DNA from: Tubulanus polymorphus
Lineage: Eukaryota; Animalia; Nemertea
Assembly (NCBI RefSeq): GCF_964204645.1
Contig: NC_134031.1
Location: forward strand, 806,001-870,000
DNA: 64,000 nt
Direction of reading: 5' to 3'
Positions 1 to 14,422 of the stretch are shown here, piece after piece. The notes beneath the pieces were generated by a model that did not search any database, was not told where the DNA came from, and saw only the letters and a program-made list of their open reading frames with translations. Position numbers and translations under genes: made by a program. Within the stretch, counting starts at the first letter, position 1. Every line of letters starts with the position of its first letter.

Positions 1-1450
1 ACTATTTTGGAATCTGATGAAAATCCATTATGGTGACGTTTATATGAAGTAGGTGTTTTCCCCGGAGAGTGCTCGCAGATACCCCTCAGTTTCACCATGG
101 ACTCTGTTTCAGAGTTTCGTTTCGACTCCAGACACCCCCCCCCCCGTCAAACTGAACCATTCATCAATTACCTCATATATCAACCTCGTATATAAACAAA
201 TCTATTGTCAATCAATATTGTGGAAAGGTTTCCAATTATTGTACCACTGTTTATCCGAAATCTTTGTTCTTCTACGTATCGTCATAAAGCGTGCGGTGCC
301 TACCGGTCCCATAATGCATTATATATTTATTGAAGAATGATGGGTAATTGGGTAACAATGGATCCGTTGAGTGGTAACAATGTTAACCGTTGATCGCCGT
401 TGGTTACGACCTGTGTGCAGACGACAGATTCCTGTTGTTCGGATAATGGCATCGCGATGGATGTCGGATAGCGGGGGATTACACCCCGTATTAAACCAAG
501 CGTCCGATCAATTAACATTGTACAAACACTGGAGAAAATGCCACTCGAATACGCATCATCTAGACCTACGTGGTAACATCGAAATGGCTGAAACTGAAAT
601 TATAGTGAATGTATGAATAAGTCTACAGTCCATTTATTGATTAATAAGATTTGTTTTTCTGTGGTATTTCGCTTAAATATTGGAATACATACCTATAGGA
701 CCTTAACGTGACCCCGAGAAACTCAAAATGCCCCGGTCTGGTACCAGTTCAGTACTGATTTCAAGGACTGTCAACGAGCGTCTTCTATTTCTCAAAAATA
801 AATCACAGAAAAAAGAACAATTTGCCCTACGAAATCATGGCACGTTTCATGGTAACAATATCAGTCTCTTAAAACAGTATTTCAAAATTCGTTGGTGAAA
901 GAACGGAATTGATAGCGCCAATATTTTTCCTGTCGCTGTCGTTGTCGTGTCAGTGATAAGGATGTATTAATTGCCATTTTTCATTTATTATTAGATCACA
1001 TTGAATTAACAGAAATATCGCGTATATCAGTAAAAAAGTGACCGGTTTTGGCCGCATGTAAATCGGCCACAGATGGTCGCAGCTTTGATGCACTTATTTT
1101 CTATCTCAGCAGTTTTATCAGCTACATGTAATACGTTTAGCCAATTGGTTTTCGCTGAAATGAAGCTGATATAAACCACTTCCAATACTCTATGCCTCAT
1201 TGCTGCTGTGATAAGCGAGGTTGGCTATTTTTCAAACGCGTAGTTGTTTTTCTGAACTCATGTCCGCAATCCTTACCACGCCGTATGTCACTATATATCG
1301 TGCAGACCTTTTTTTTTGGTTAGTCCATGTGTATTTGAATTCAACTCACGCTAAGACCTCAGAGCTGAAGAATTCTCTTAAGAGTTTGAGCTTTGGTATT
1401 TTTGGTCAGCGATCGAAAACATGAAGAAATCCTACCTGTTTTGTAAACAC

Positions 1451-1740
1451 CTGGGCCCGGTTTCATAGACTGAGTATCAAAGTTATCCCTAGGGTTAAAT
1501 CCTCAATCTGGGTGACAACCACCATAGTAACAATGAGAAACCATGGTTATAACTGACAAATTTCAAAATGTTCCCAGGGATTATTTTGCTTCCACATCTA
1601 TGAAACCAGGCCAAGGGGTTGCAGTTGCTCAAATGGTGGTCAAAGATAATCAACGGATAGATACCATAAACCTTTAATTGTCACTATGTCAACTATCCAC
1701 TGGTTAACTGTAACACATTTTTGAGCAACTGGCCCCAGGG
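1451..1740. mobile_element. Two adjacent MITEs of the GG(G)CC.GTT terminal class
   Basis: ggcccggtttcataga...tctatgaaaccaggcc (about 1454-1612), then cagttgctcaaa...tttgagcaactggcccc (about 1615-1737). Confidence 0.65.
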
Positions 1741-3797
1741 CTCTGTACAACAGACATTCCTTTTGCCAGGCGTTTATTTGTATTATCTAAGTTATATTTT
1801 AAGATAAAATTTATTACAGTATCATCTAGCTGGCAATCGTGTCCTGAGCATTACCGTAAGCTTTTAAAAATGAAGAATGTTTCCACAATAAATTGCTTAA
1901 TTTGACAGAATGCGGCATTCAATTAATGATGTCTACTGGAATTAACGGATCGCTATGTATTCTGGGGGAATGTAGACATTGACCGCCACTGTTCGAGCTC
2001 CTGTGAGATAGACTGACTGTGTGTCGTCTTTAGTAAGAAGCGATAGTAAATGAAAATTCTACCCATGACAATAACAATGATAAACATGTAGTAGGTTTAT
2101 CGCGGTGAAACAAACTCCGCAAGGAGAACAGTTTGAGTACGGTGACTATTTATACCTATCTGTAGCGGTTAAATGACCACTCGACGCGATACAACGTCCA
2201 TGTCAACTTAATGGACTATCACAACGTGTTGTACATTACTAAGTGATTCGTCCTTTTTCTGGTGAAAATTCGATTTTTTTTGTGTGTGTGTGTGTGTGCA
2301 ACGAAACGCAACTGCGTCGCTGCGAGAAGGCGGTAGGTTCATTCTACCTTGACTAATGATACCGACGTGTTAGATTGGTTCATCTAGTACCCATAGTACC
2401 GAGATAAGCCAAGTCGACCAGTTGTACGGTCAAGAAAGCTTTTAGTTCAGTCTATAAGCTAGATAGTCAATCTAATAACTCAAGACCAGTCTAAGACTAA
2501 TTTTTGGTTCTATACCCAATCTAACAACGCAAGACCAGTCCAAATACCATTTTTCTTCTAAAATCTAACAACTTATGGCAAGGCTTAAGAATTAAGACCA
2601 TTTTCAAGATTTCGGTATTTGGTTTTTGAATCTAAAGCGATCTGGAGCTGTTGAGGATTTTACTGTACACTGCGCCTCTATTTCTATTCTCTAGCTCTAA
2701 GTTGTGTTTTCGTCTGCGAATCTTTTTTGATTCGATAAGCGACGAGATCACGTGATCACACCTGTCAGCTCCCGTTTCTAATGAACATCTTCGGGGCTAC
2801 AATCTTATCACCGTCGCCTGGGCCGAAATTACAAATTATACCAGTATTATCCGGTCTTATCAGTAAGATAAATTGCTCCGACGATGATAAGTCTTCGTGT
2901 CAGCTAAATTTGGTCTGAAATTAGCGAACGTGCTGGCGAGAGATGCTATCGGCTGCTGTTTAGGATGACATAACACGCAATGGGCAGAAATTGCTTCCTC
3001 ACACGCCCGAAAGGTCAATTTTATTCGGTTCTCAAAGCATCACGCAAACTGCATTTCACTGCCGTTTCAAAAGGCGCCGTGACATAATATCGTTTCTGGT
3101 TTTCCAGCCAGTTTAAAATGCTGTATATTCTCACTGAAGTATTGTCTTCCATATTTGGACGTCGATAATATTGTAACTAGTCACTTGACGGCCAATAGAG
3201 GTCGTGCAGTCCTGTTTTTTTTTCGAATGTAGGAAAAAATGGCCAAGGCAAGAATGGCCACGGGTTTTTTCACGTACTTACTGACGCCATATTCTACTCT
3301 TTGCATGAACAGAGACTCCCGGAGTTCATGAATGACCATTCATATCATCTGTTGTTGTTTCGTATGGGCAAATCACAAACAACACATGATGTCACGTTCA
3401 CGGACTCTATAGACCGCATGACGTCACGGGTTAATGTTAGGAGTCTCTTTCTTCGAGCGAATTACACCCAACATAAAGATAGTAGGCCTCACCACCGCAG
3501 TCAATGATGTTGGATCTAGTGAATATTGTTTGTATTTCTTTGCAATCAATTTATTTCGTTGAATTATTAACACTACTTACATTCGTAAGGTGTGACTATA
3601 TTTACTGTGTGGGGGAGAGGGATATCAGTAATTTTACTGAAAGCACAGATTCTCTAACTATCCGGTCAACAGCGGATATCTCACGGATATGTTGTAATGA
3701 TAGTTTGGTTAAATCATTTCTATATACATAAAATATATTATTATAAGATTATTATAAAATGTATGATTGTTAATATTGAATTCTGTGAGTATAACTT

Positions 3798-4020
3798 GCG
3801 GTATCACGGTATCACGGTATCACGGATCACGGTATCACGGATCACGGTACCACGGATCACGGTATCACGGTATCACGGGATCACGGATCACGGTATCACG
3901 GTATCACGGATCACGGTATCACGGATCACGGATCACGGTATCACGGTATCACGGTATCACGGATCACGGTATCACGGTATCACGGTATCACGGTATCACG
4001 GTATCACGGATCACGGTATC
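3798..4020. repeat. Mixed 8/7-bp tandem repeat (cggtatca / cggatca)
   Basis: Direct inspection. Confidence 0.95.
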
Positions 4021-4529
4021 AACGATCCTCATCGTGGTTTCATTAACGATATTTGATTCAACCTTAGAAGTGCAATAGAATCAGAAACGTGTATTATTAA
4101 TTCCTATCGCATACGAATAGCTTAGAATCAAAGAGTTGAGGGTGAGAGGAAATTATGAAGCCGTATCACGGTATATATTGCGTGTGTGTGGGTTTTGGTA
4201 AAAGCAGACAGCGGATATTTCATTCCGTACCGGAGACATATTATAGTACAGTAATTCGTGTTTTATAAGGACAGTAAATTTTTCCAGGAAAATCTCATAA
4301 AACTTGTCCTGATTTAATCGATGAAGAGAGAGAGAGAGAGGAGTGTTCACAGACTATATACACGCTTCATTAGAAAGAGAATCCATTGTTCGTCACTGAT
4401 CCAGTGTCATCGACTAAAATACCCGAACAATGAAAATCTATGATGTCTTTATTAATGAAGTCTAAGCGAAAATTCATTAATATCCGGGACTCAATTCCAC
4501 AGTATAACCATACTTAACGAGACAACTGC

Positions 4530-5418
4530 GGAACTATGGAACTAATTCCTGAACTGTGGAACTAATTCCTAAAGTGTGGAACTGATTCCTGAACAGTGGA
4601 ACTGATTCCTGAACTGTAGAACTGATTCCTGAACTGTGGAACTGATTCCTGAACAGTGGAACTGATTCCTGAACTGTAGAACTGATTTCTGAACTGTGGA
4701 ACTGATTCCTGAACTGTGGAACTGATTCCTGAACTGTAGAACTGATTTCTGAACTGTGGAACTGATTCCTGAACTGTGGAACTGATTCCTGAACAGTGGA
4801 ACTGATTCCTGAACTGTAGAACTGATTTCTGAACTGTGGAACTGATTCCTGAACTGTGGAACTGATTCCTGAACTGTAGAACTGATTTCTGAACTGTGGA
4901 ACTGATTCCTGAACTGTAGAACTGATTTCTGAACTGTGGAACTGATTCCTGAACTGTGGAACTGATTCCTGAACAGTGGAACTGATTCCTGAACTGTAGA
5001 ACTGATTTCTGAACTGTGGAACTGATTCCTGAACTGTGGAACTGATTCCTGAACTGTAGAACTGATTTCTGAACTGTGGAACTGATTCCTGAACTGTGGA
5101 ACTGATTCCTGAACTGTAGAACTGATTTCTGAACTGTGGAACTGATTCCTGAACTGTAGAACTGATTTCTGAACTGTGGAACTGATTCCTGAACAGTGGA
5201 ACTGATTCCTGAACTGTAGAACTGATTTCTGAACTGTGGAACTGATTCCTGAACAGTGGAACTGATTCCTGAACTGTAGAACTGATTTCTGAACTGTGGA
5301 ACTGATTCCTGAACTGTGGAACTGATTCCTGAACTGTAGAACTGATTTCTGAACTGTGGAACTGATTCCTGAACAGTGGAACTGATTCCTGAACTGTGGA
5401 ACTGATTCCTGAACTGTA
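4530..5418. repeat. 20-bp minisatellite (actgattcctgaactgtgga), about 44 copies
   Basis: 20-bp register visible across the 60-nt lines. Confidence 0.97.
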
Positions 5419-7609
5419 ACTGCTGATCGAAAGGATGACATAATTTTTAAGGGAGGTTGCTGTCTACCTGTCGATAAATTTCCAAATCCATTTTCATCCA
5501 ATGATTGCATTCGATATAAAAATCAAGTATACATCACGTCTGAATGATGGTATCGTAGTTGCTGAGATGGAGTGGTCGGGGAGGGGGTGGTTGGGGGAGG
5601 GGGTGGTTGGGGGGTGCTTGTGCTATTTCATGGTATGTAAAATGAATAGTTGGTTTATCTGAGGGATTCTCGCTGTATTTTATCTATGAATTAATGAGTG
5701 ACTTCTCACTACAACAGTTACCCTTAACATCCGTTAACTGAAAATATACATACCTACAGCAAAGCTTCGGCGTGAAAAAATATACCTTCTAACTTTATCA
5801 ACCAGGAGCTTAAAAATATATAAACCACTACAGGCTGAGAAATAATTGCTGAATATATTCTAGACAATAAGTGACGTCTGGTGGTTTGAATGGTAGATGT
5901 AACAGTCGGGAAGTTATGAGTTCAATTGGTTAGTTTCAGGGTTCGTAGTTCAGTTGTCGGCTTGTGTCACTATCGTCGACATGATTGATGACAAAATCAC
6001 CACTAATTGCCACAAATCGGAAAATACGAAGAAGTTGTTTTTTATTGATATATCCGCGGTCAGCGGTCACTTGTACCATTGATTTATTGCCGGCTATCGC
6101 TGCACAGTTATTATTCTTATATATGAAAGAAATCTCGTAATTTCGTTAGCGGAATTTCGGATAATATATTTAGGCCCACGACCAGCGGATAAATCAGAAT
6201 ACATATTAGTTTAACCACGAGAAACATTACGGGGAGATTTAGCCATCAATTTCATGGTTTCGAATCCCGCAATATCGTCTTATCTGTAGCGAGAAGTTTC
6301 GCTTCGATATGAATACGACATCGCGCGAGCGTACTGAAATCTGTATGTGGTTTGTTACGCTCGATACTTTGGGTTCTGTAACTTACCTGTATCTAGAGTT
6401 GGGTAGCTTACCTGGGTTAGTCACTTACGAAGCTCTGGAATCAGCTCCGTAGCTATCGTTAAACACCTCTCTTATCGTTGAAACATATTCTAACACATCA
6501 ACTTATTCAAATTCAAAGAGAGTTTAATACCTAAACCATGAACTGTGTTTAAATTCAAGTCTGAAAATCTGAACCTATATCGGTTTCGTCGTGTAGCACT
6601 GAAAAAAGGAAACGAAAGATAATTAATTATGAGATTAGTTTACGAGACAGCTAAAGCTTATTTACTGAACGGATTATTTTTAGGCTATTTTTAGACAGTC
6701 AATTACGTTAAAGTGCTAAGTATCAGCGACACATCAGGATTTTAGAACAAGATGAACGAGAAAATTCTTCAATTCATCGCTTTATTCTTTATTCTGAAAT
6801 TCAATCGCTATTTTGGAGCATTGAAATTTTTCAGTTGTAATCTTTGGGAGTGTTAAAAACTGTTTGTGTTCATTTCAATAGAAATGGTTAAAAAATTGTG
6901 CCTAAATTTCTAATCGGATACAGAAAAAAACTCGACACAATGAGTGAAATTGGGAAAAAAACTGCTAATTATGCTAAAATTCAGCGATTCAGTGGTTTAT
7001 CTTTTCATAGTAGTCCGAACATCCCATCTGTGCTGGTCATTTCAACAGATTATTTGCTAGCGAAACTGACTGAGTTTTTGCACCCGAAATTCGTTCAAAC
7101 CAACTTGAGATAGACACAGAATATAGATTGTTACGAATAGTTTATTAAGTGGATATTTAACATTTAGTGGTATGTGTGGATTGTATTGAGATGTTATGTA
7201 ATACATACCCGTGCTGTTACATGCGATTATCAGATCAACGCGTTTATATCGTGTTTACCTTTACGAAGTAACCAAATCTAAAAGATAAACACTTATCATC
7301 TTACAACCATACCGATCATAGTCTTACCAGTACCAACCACCCCACGCAGTCGTCAGAGGTACATGTTACATCTACACAATCTATTTTTCTAAACATTAGC
7401 GTTATGTTGATATTAATTCTTTACATTTGAACTTTATTATAACGATATCAAGGCTGGACAATCGTTGTAGGGCAAGGTCGCAATTAACCGCCTTTTCATT
7501 GGCTGAGCGAACGTTGCGATTTGCATAATAATTAGTTCACTCTCTCTCTACACTCTAATCTTAGTTCATTCAGGAACTTGAACTGGGAACAGAGCTTGAT
7601 TCACACTAC

Positions 7610-7910
7610 CGTCTCTCCCTCTCCCCTCTTTCTCTCTCTCCACCTCTCTCTCTCTCTCCCCTCTTTCTCTCTCTCCCCATCTCCTCCACTCCCCTCCCTC
7701 TCCCCTCTCTTGTCCCTCTCCCCTCTCTCTACCTTCTCCCCCTCTCTCTCCCCGCCCCTCTCTCCGTCTCCTCCTCTCCCCTCTCTCTCCCCTCTTCCCC
7801 CTCACTCCCCGTCCCCTCTCTTGTCCCTCTCCCCTCTCTCTCCCCTCTCCCCTCTCCCTCCCCTCTCCCTCTCCCCCCTCTCTCTCCCCTCTCACTCCCC
7901 ATCTCTCCCT
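7610..7910. repeat. CT-rich low-complexity tract
   Basis: Direct inspection. Confidence 0.9.
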
Positions 7911-8297
7911 CTGTTGTCTACTGAATTGATATTCACCTGTGGTTACTTTCTCGTTTGTACAACACGGTTGTTCATTCAGAATGTATTACTGATTTTCCAG
8001 TTGACTGGTTATTGTAATTACCAGTAGGAAATGAGTCCTCTTCAAAACTCAGTAATCATTTTTCCCGTCGCCAGCAGCGTGGCGCTTTGTGGCGCTTTGA
8101 TGAAAACCTTTTGATTTTTCACATAAAGCGTGTTGAGCCGACCCCCGCTAGATTTCCCGTCTCTCAGAAATGCAGAAGAATAAAATGTTGATCTAATGAC
8201 TAGTGATGAATGAAAAATACCTCACACTGAAAATCTATGGAAAAATAGTCCCGAAAGTTTATCAAATTGAAACCACAAAGTTTCGGCCATTGACGGA

Positions 8298-8436
8298 ATA
8301 GCCATCAACAGACGCATACAGCCATCATCAGACGCGTACAGCCATCATCAGACGCGTACAGCCATCACCAGGCACATACAGCCATCACCAGGCGCATACA
8401 GCCATCATCAGACGCGTACAGCAATCATCAGACGCA
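8298..8436. repeat. 20-bp tandem repeat (gccatcatcagacgcgtaca), about 7 copies
   Basis: Direct inspection. Confidence 0.9.
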
Positions 8437-9104
8437 ATGACAAGAAAACTTATAAAATTATTCCTCGCACAATTTTTGCCAGTGAATTTATCTCGTTCAG
8501 GACTAAAAGATCTCTCTGGAATATCAGAAATAACGCCAAAAATCACACGTTGACTTTCGATAAATCTATTAACGTCATTAGAAGTAACCTATCAATTCAC
8601 AGACAGACAGTTGACGTGTTGTGGTGTTGTGGTGTTGTGACTTTCCGACAAGCCCTTCGCGTGATTCGGGATTATTTCTCTTAAGAGCTGTCGCGTCAGA
8701 CTAAACCGACATCAAGGTTAACACTCAGCTTCCCCGGGTACAGAGGCTTCTCATCACAATCGGTAATTAAATACACGCAATATGGAAGCCGGTAGAAAGA
8801 GTGACGAAAGATGACTCGACGTCTTACCGGACGAGGACACCATTAAACAACACAACATTATGTTATCTAAATATACTGCAAATGACTCTTGTCAAAATCC
8901 TCTGTTTATACGGATGATTGATTATAAGATGAATCTATCTTATAATTGTCTACAAAAGTACGATAGTAAAATGGTCATATGGTTAGAATTATTGCTGTGG
9001 TGGTTTATTCTGGAAAATTTCATTCACTTTACAATACGCAGTGGCAGAGGCATCTACATGCTTCACCAAGAACCTTAGTGTCTGATGTAAAACAGGGTTG
9101 ATGG

Positions 9105-9365
9105 TGATTGTGCTGCTGCTGCTTCTGCTGTTGCTGTGCTGATCCTGTTGTTGGGGATACTGTTGCTGCTGCTGCTGTTGCTGTTGCTGATCCTGTTGTT
9201 GGGAATACTGCTGCTGCTGCTGCTGCTGCTGCTGCCGCTGCTGCTGCTGCTGGAAGTGGTGGTGCTACTGCTGCTGGAAGTTGTGGTGGTGGAGGTGGGG
9301 GTGGTGATGGTGCTACTGCTGTTGCTGATCCTGTTGTTTGGGATACTGCCGCTGCTGCTGTTGAT
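9105..9365. repeat. Degenerate (GCT/GTT)n repeat
   Basis: Direct inspection. Confidence 0.85.
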
Positions 9366-10104
9366 GACTTAGTGTGGGACGCAGAAGCCATTCGTATCCG
9401 CGGTGTCTAGTGAATCTATTAGGGATCACTGGTAATGTTGATAACACGTCATGTTCGAGGACAAATTGACTAATGAGTCGATCATGTTGTTAACACGACC
9501 CCGAGGTCAGTGCGCAGTTAATGCGTTCTCTCCCGGTCCGTCTCGTGTTCAAGTGGCAAGACATGTTAAACGTCTTTACACCGGTAAAACATCATTAACA
9601 GTTTAATGCTCGTTTGACCGCGCAGTTCGCTGCCCTTACAGCAAACACACACATCTATCTATACTGACATTTAATCGACGTTCCACTAATGTAAATTACA
9701 TGGTTTTTAGATGATGAAAACTTAACGAACTCGAGATAATGTTTGTTTTTGGTTCGACGGAAAGCTCGGTACATCAGGTTTATTTGATGTATTCTGTCTC
9801 GTGGAATCCCAGACTGCCAGGGTAAACTTCGCTTTCCTAGTCGACTATTTGCGAACTAAGTGAAACCGAATGTCGCGGTTAGTTAACCACGTATACAGTT
9901 CACTTCAGTTGTGAGTTAATAGTTGGACTCAATAATCAACACATTTAACATGAAATAATTATTACTCTAGAATCAATGTCGGTTAGTCATCCCAGATCCA
10001 GTTCAACAGTTCGCAACGAAAATTTGGCTCAGAGTTAAATCATTGAAAATGAAACAACTTTTACTCACAGAGACAAATCGTACTCGCTGAGGAAATAGGT
10101 CCAG

Positions 10105-10235
10105 GGCCCTGTTTCACAAAAAGGTTAGACTCAAATTTTTGGTGTAATTACCATTGTAATTACTTCATGTTTTCAATGAGGACAGCAATTCAAACTCAAC
10201 CGTTTTAGGCTTAAACTTTTTCATGAAACTGGGCC
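10105..10235. mobile_element. PIF/Harbinger-like MITE
   Basis: ggccctgtttcac...atgaaactgggcc with a CAG target-site duplication. Confidence 0.7.
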
Positions 10236-13020
10236 CAGAACTATAGTCTGAAAATACCGAACCACGTGATTGAGCACCTGGTCGCTTTAGCTAGCTCTTC
10301 TAAGATGGCCGACACTATGTGAAATGATACTGCGTCCAATTATCAGTTCACCCATTCTAGCGGACAGTAAAACGACGTCTCCTCTTGCCGGAAAAAGAAA
10401 CCTTCAATATTTCAGGATAATTGCGATACATTTATTACTGTCTGATATCTCGTTTATGAGTACTCCGTGGTCGTCACCAATTAAGGACAATTCAAATCCC
10501 ACAATTGTGATTCTGTACTCATTAGTCGCCGAGGCTCCACGCGGTTAAGTATTATCCGCAGAGTTTTTGCGTCTCATCGCGTTTCGTCTCAGCAATTTGT
10601 AATTTCTGATGATCTCGGATAAGGTCACGTGCCGGTCTGCACGTGACCTATTAAATTATTACGGTTGCGCGGGAAGCGATGGCGAGTGAAGTATTATACG
10701 TCGCCATATGTATGGTTGAGTACTTCCGGCTTGTGACCTCTTACTCGAGAAAAACAATTTTTTTTTCACTAGAAACTCTTAAACATTTCTGTTTGACAAA
10801 TACAACGTACTCGAAAAAATCTCCATTATTTACGAGTTAAAATATCTCCCACTTAACAAACGTTTGATTTAACTTAAGATTCAGAAATTCCAACGCATAA
10901 ATAAGAAGCCGCAATCTAGTAAAAAGAAATGACTGCAATTTAGATAATATCTGAGAGCTAAGTGTTGGATGTCTCTGATAGTCTGGAATTTATCGCCATC
11001 TTGAATCTAGCGTCCGATTATCACTGAGATAACGATCGCGAACATGGGTTAACTTTGGACGGAAAGTTGTTTGATTTAATGTCTATGGAACCAAAATAAG
11101 CATACACCGGTCTTATGAAGTTGTTAAGTTGCCTATAGAATTAAGATGGCCTTAGACTGGTCTAAAATCTCAGCCATGACTGTATAACTGGCCCCAGTGG
11201 ATTATGAAATGTGTACGAGATTTTGTACCGCGTTAAAATATACACGATTTTTTGAGCGAGAGCAATATTAGATTGAGAGAATTGCCGCCAGTGGAAAGAA
11301 AATGTAATATTATTCCCACTAGGGCCGTGCAGCCACAGCGTTCTAAATCTTCTATCCAGAGCCTTCGACGGTCTCTCCTGAATTCCGTCTCTGAATTTGT
11401 AAATCCGTTGTTACTGGTTGTAGTTGTTTTTATCAATCTCGAATCGATCATCGTCGCCTGCTGTTTCTATCCACGCATTCAAATATGCGACGCGGTCATT
11501 TGTATGTTATTCATATACGAACGGATCACAAATCAAGTTGATATTCATGACTCTGCTCCGGCTATACTGAGCAGCACCAGCTCCATCGCGTCACTTCTAT
11601 CCCTCTCATATTTTTCGTATTTTTTTCACTCTGTAGTTGAACGAATAGAGACGCTCTAACTCGAGCCCAAGGGCCCCTGGTTATTTGTCACTGTAAAGTG
11701 ATGATATTCTACGCAATAGTTTCTATATCATTTTTTAGAACTACGCTTTTCACAACCTTTAAATTCAGCTATTGCGACTATGCTGGATTTTTCTGAGCAA
11801 CACTTCATTGAATCTATTGCTATAACAGCAGTCTACATTTTTTCCAAGGCTTCAAATAATCTATTTACGTATAATTAATTTTCTTGTTCTTTCGGAATGC
11901 AGGAAAAATGGGGGATCTTCTCTTTCTTATATTCCTCGTGTTATTCTCTGTGAATTGTCGTTGTGTTTTACAGGACGTTGAGTGAGAGAGAGAGGGATCG
12001 ATGCAAGTCCTGAAATCTCGTTAAGCGCTACTGCTACGGATGACACCGAGGCAGTAATCGAGTCGATTTCGTTCGGTAATTAGCACACGAATTTCCGACT
12101 TGTAACGAACGCTTTTTTGTGACCGACGCGACATCGACCAAAAACATGTCTAAATTCCTCCAGTTTCACGCTCAGAACTCAGCGATAAAATAACCCGCGG
12201 ATCCTCAATTTCTCCAAATCGATTTTTTCTTCAGTTTCCCTCGCAAATTTTCAAGTGCTTTTTAGAAGCCGCTGCGTTTATCTCCTCGAAGTGAGGAGAA
12301 TCTGTCTCTCTAAAAACGTATCCGATTTAGAAGTGTGTCACATTTCACACGGAAAATTTCGACTTTATTTTCAACTCTTCGATAAGTTTAGAAATCCGGT
12401 TAACAGGTGCCGTGTAAAGCTGGTATCAAATCAATAAACTTGAGAAAAAGGTTCCGTGGACCCAGTTTAGACAGACAAGTTGTGAGTTAGAGTTAACTGA
12501 GTTGGAACAAATTAATCTTCAATGAATAAACTCTTGAGCCACTACTCAAATATGAAACCGAATCCTATAAATCTTAATAAACAGATATTCTAATTTATTA
12601 TTTTTTTAATAAACAGAAATTCAAATAAACAGATTGATAAATTTTGAATATCGTAAAAATGAACTTTTTCTTTAAACATTATATTAATGAATTTTTTTGT
12701 CGTAGATTCCAATAGTGTTACACCGCAGCTGAGGCTGGTTAGAGCAAAGTCAAGGAACCAGTTCGTCCCGTGCAGCTGCGTGATAATATGATACTCAATC
12801 TAGCCGCCAGCATCCCATCATCATCTCTATTATCATTCATACTCATTTTCCAAGGGATGCATTTGCATCTTTTTCATCTTGGTTATCTTTTTGTTGTGGA
12901 AGCGGCTTTGTTGTAATTGGATCATTTTTCATGCGTATCATTTCTTATTTATCTCAAGCAACACCGGCAACTGGTGGTAAGGGAAGTCATCCAGCATCAT
13001 AAGGTTACAGCAAGCACCGG

Positions 13021-13026
13021 TGCTGC

Positions 13027-13098
<72 letters not shown>
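13021..13098. repeat. (GCT)n microsatellite
   Basis: Direct inspection. Confidence 0.95.
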
Positions 13099-13249
13099 AA
13101 TGATGCTGATTGATGATGCGTTCATCAATTATAACGATAGAAAACAATGACAGAAGTTTCCATGAATCGATTCCACCTGAGGGACGAATTCTGACAACTG
13201 TAACAATTCTACAATTACTGCTTTATGATTTATACACCTTAGACGTTAA

Positions 13250-13630
13250 TACAATATCCCACAATATACCACAATATAGCATAATATACCATAATGTACC
13301 ATAACATACCACAATATACCTCAATATACCACAATAAAGCATAATATACCAATATACCATAATATGCCACTGCATACCACAATATACCTCAATATAGCAT
13401 AATATAGCATAATATACTCTAATATAACAATAAGGCATAATATACTACAATATACCCTGATATACCATGATATATCGCAATATACCTCAATATACCACAA
13501 TATACCATAATATACCACAATATACCATAATATACCACAATATACCACCATCGATATACTACTGCATACCACATCACACTACAGCATACCGCATACCAAA
13601 TACCATACCAACTTAATCATACCATACCAC
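13250..13630. repeat. Degenerate 10-bp repeat (aatataccac)
   Basis: Direct inspection. Confidence 0.85.
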
Positions 13631-14237
13631 GCTGTACCATATCAAACTTAGACTTAACGTAATGTACAATGCAAAACTAAAGTAATGTCATTCAATGCCA
13701 CTTTGTAATACCAAGAAAAACGATACCACGTTTCATCGACGTTGAGAGATGCGCTTTTTAAAGGGTAGATACCGGAAGAAAAAGCGGGCCTAGTTTAACA
13801 GGGATTCAGAGGCAATTTAGTAGTTGTTATAAGAGTAATACCGATGACAGCAGAATTCATGTTTACCGAATTAATCCGGAAATCGGTTTGAAAAGTGATA
13901 TCTCATGTGAACCAATCACTGGTCGGCATCAATTCACACTGTGTGATAATGGGAAATGTGATTGCAAGCTTAAACGGGATCAGTAGAGTAATCAGGGTAA
14001 TACGGGTGGGGAGGGGGGTGAGAGACGGTACCGGCATACCGGTAGACATCGGGGATCGGGGGAGTATTGCATCTGAGGGCCAAGTTTCATAAAAATATGT
14101 TAACTCTTCCTTATATCGATTTAAGTTAAAATGAATTGATGAAGATATTATTTTGATTTAAGAGTTAAACCTTTTTTGGTAGAGATTGGACCTAGAATGA
14201 TTGAGTGTGATTAGTAATCATTGAGAATTTCAGACCG

Positions 14238-14422
14238 TACTAGGCAGCCATCCACCGTTCCCTCTCCTCCATTGTTCCCTATACTAGGCATCCATCCACC
14301 GTTCCCTCTCCTCCACTGTTCCCTATACTAGGCATCCATCCACCGTCCCCTCTCCTCCACTGTTCCCTATACTAGGCATCCATCCACCGTTCCCTCTCCT
14401 CCACTGTTCCCTGTACGAGGCA
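14238..14422. repeat. 44-bp tandem repeat, 4+ copies
   Basis: tactaggc recurs at 14238, 14282, 14326 and 14370. Confidence 0.92.

Noticed and set aside
4569-5510. 313-aa minus-strand ORF
   Set aside because: Product of the 20-bp satellite.
9029-9410. Poly-Ala, poly-Leu and poly-Gln ORFs
   Set aside because: Trinucleotide low complexity with no domain or splice support. The same applies to 12917-13150, 7566-8027, 41259-41695, 43615-44352 and 51267-51470.
11974-11981. Possible tiny exon ttttacag|GACGTTGA|gtgaga
   Set aside because: 8 nt, not frame-preserving, and no supporting context.
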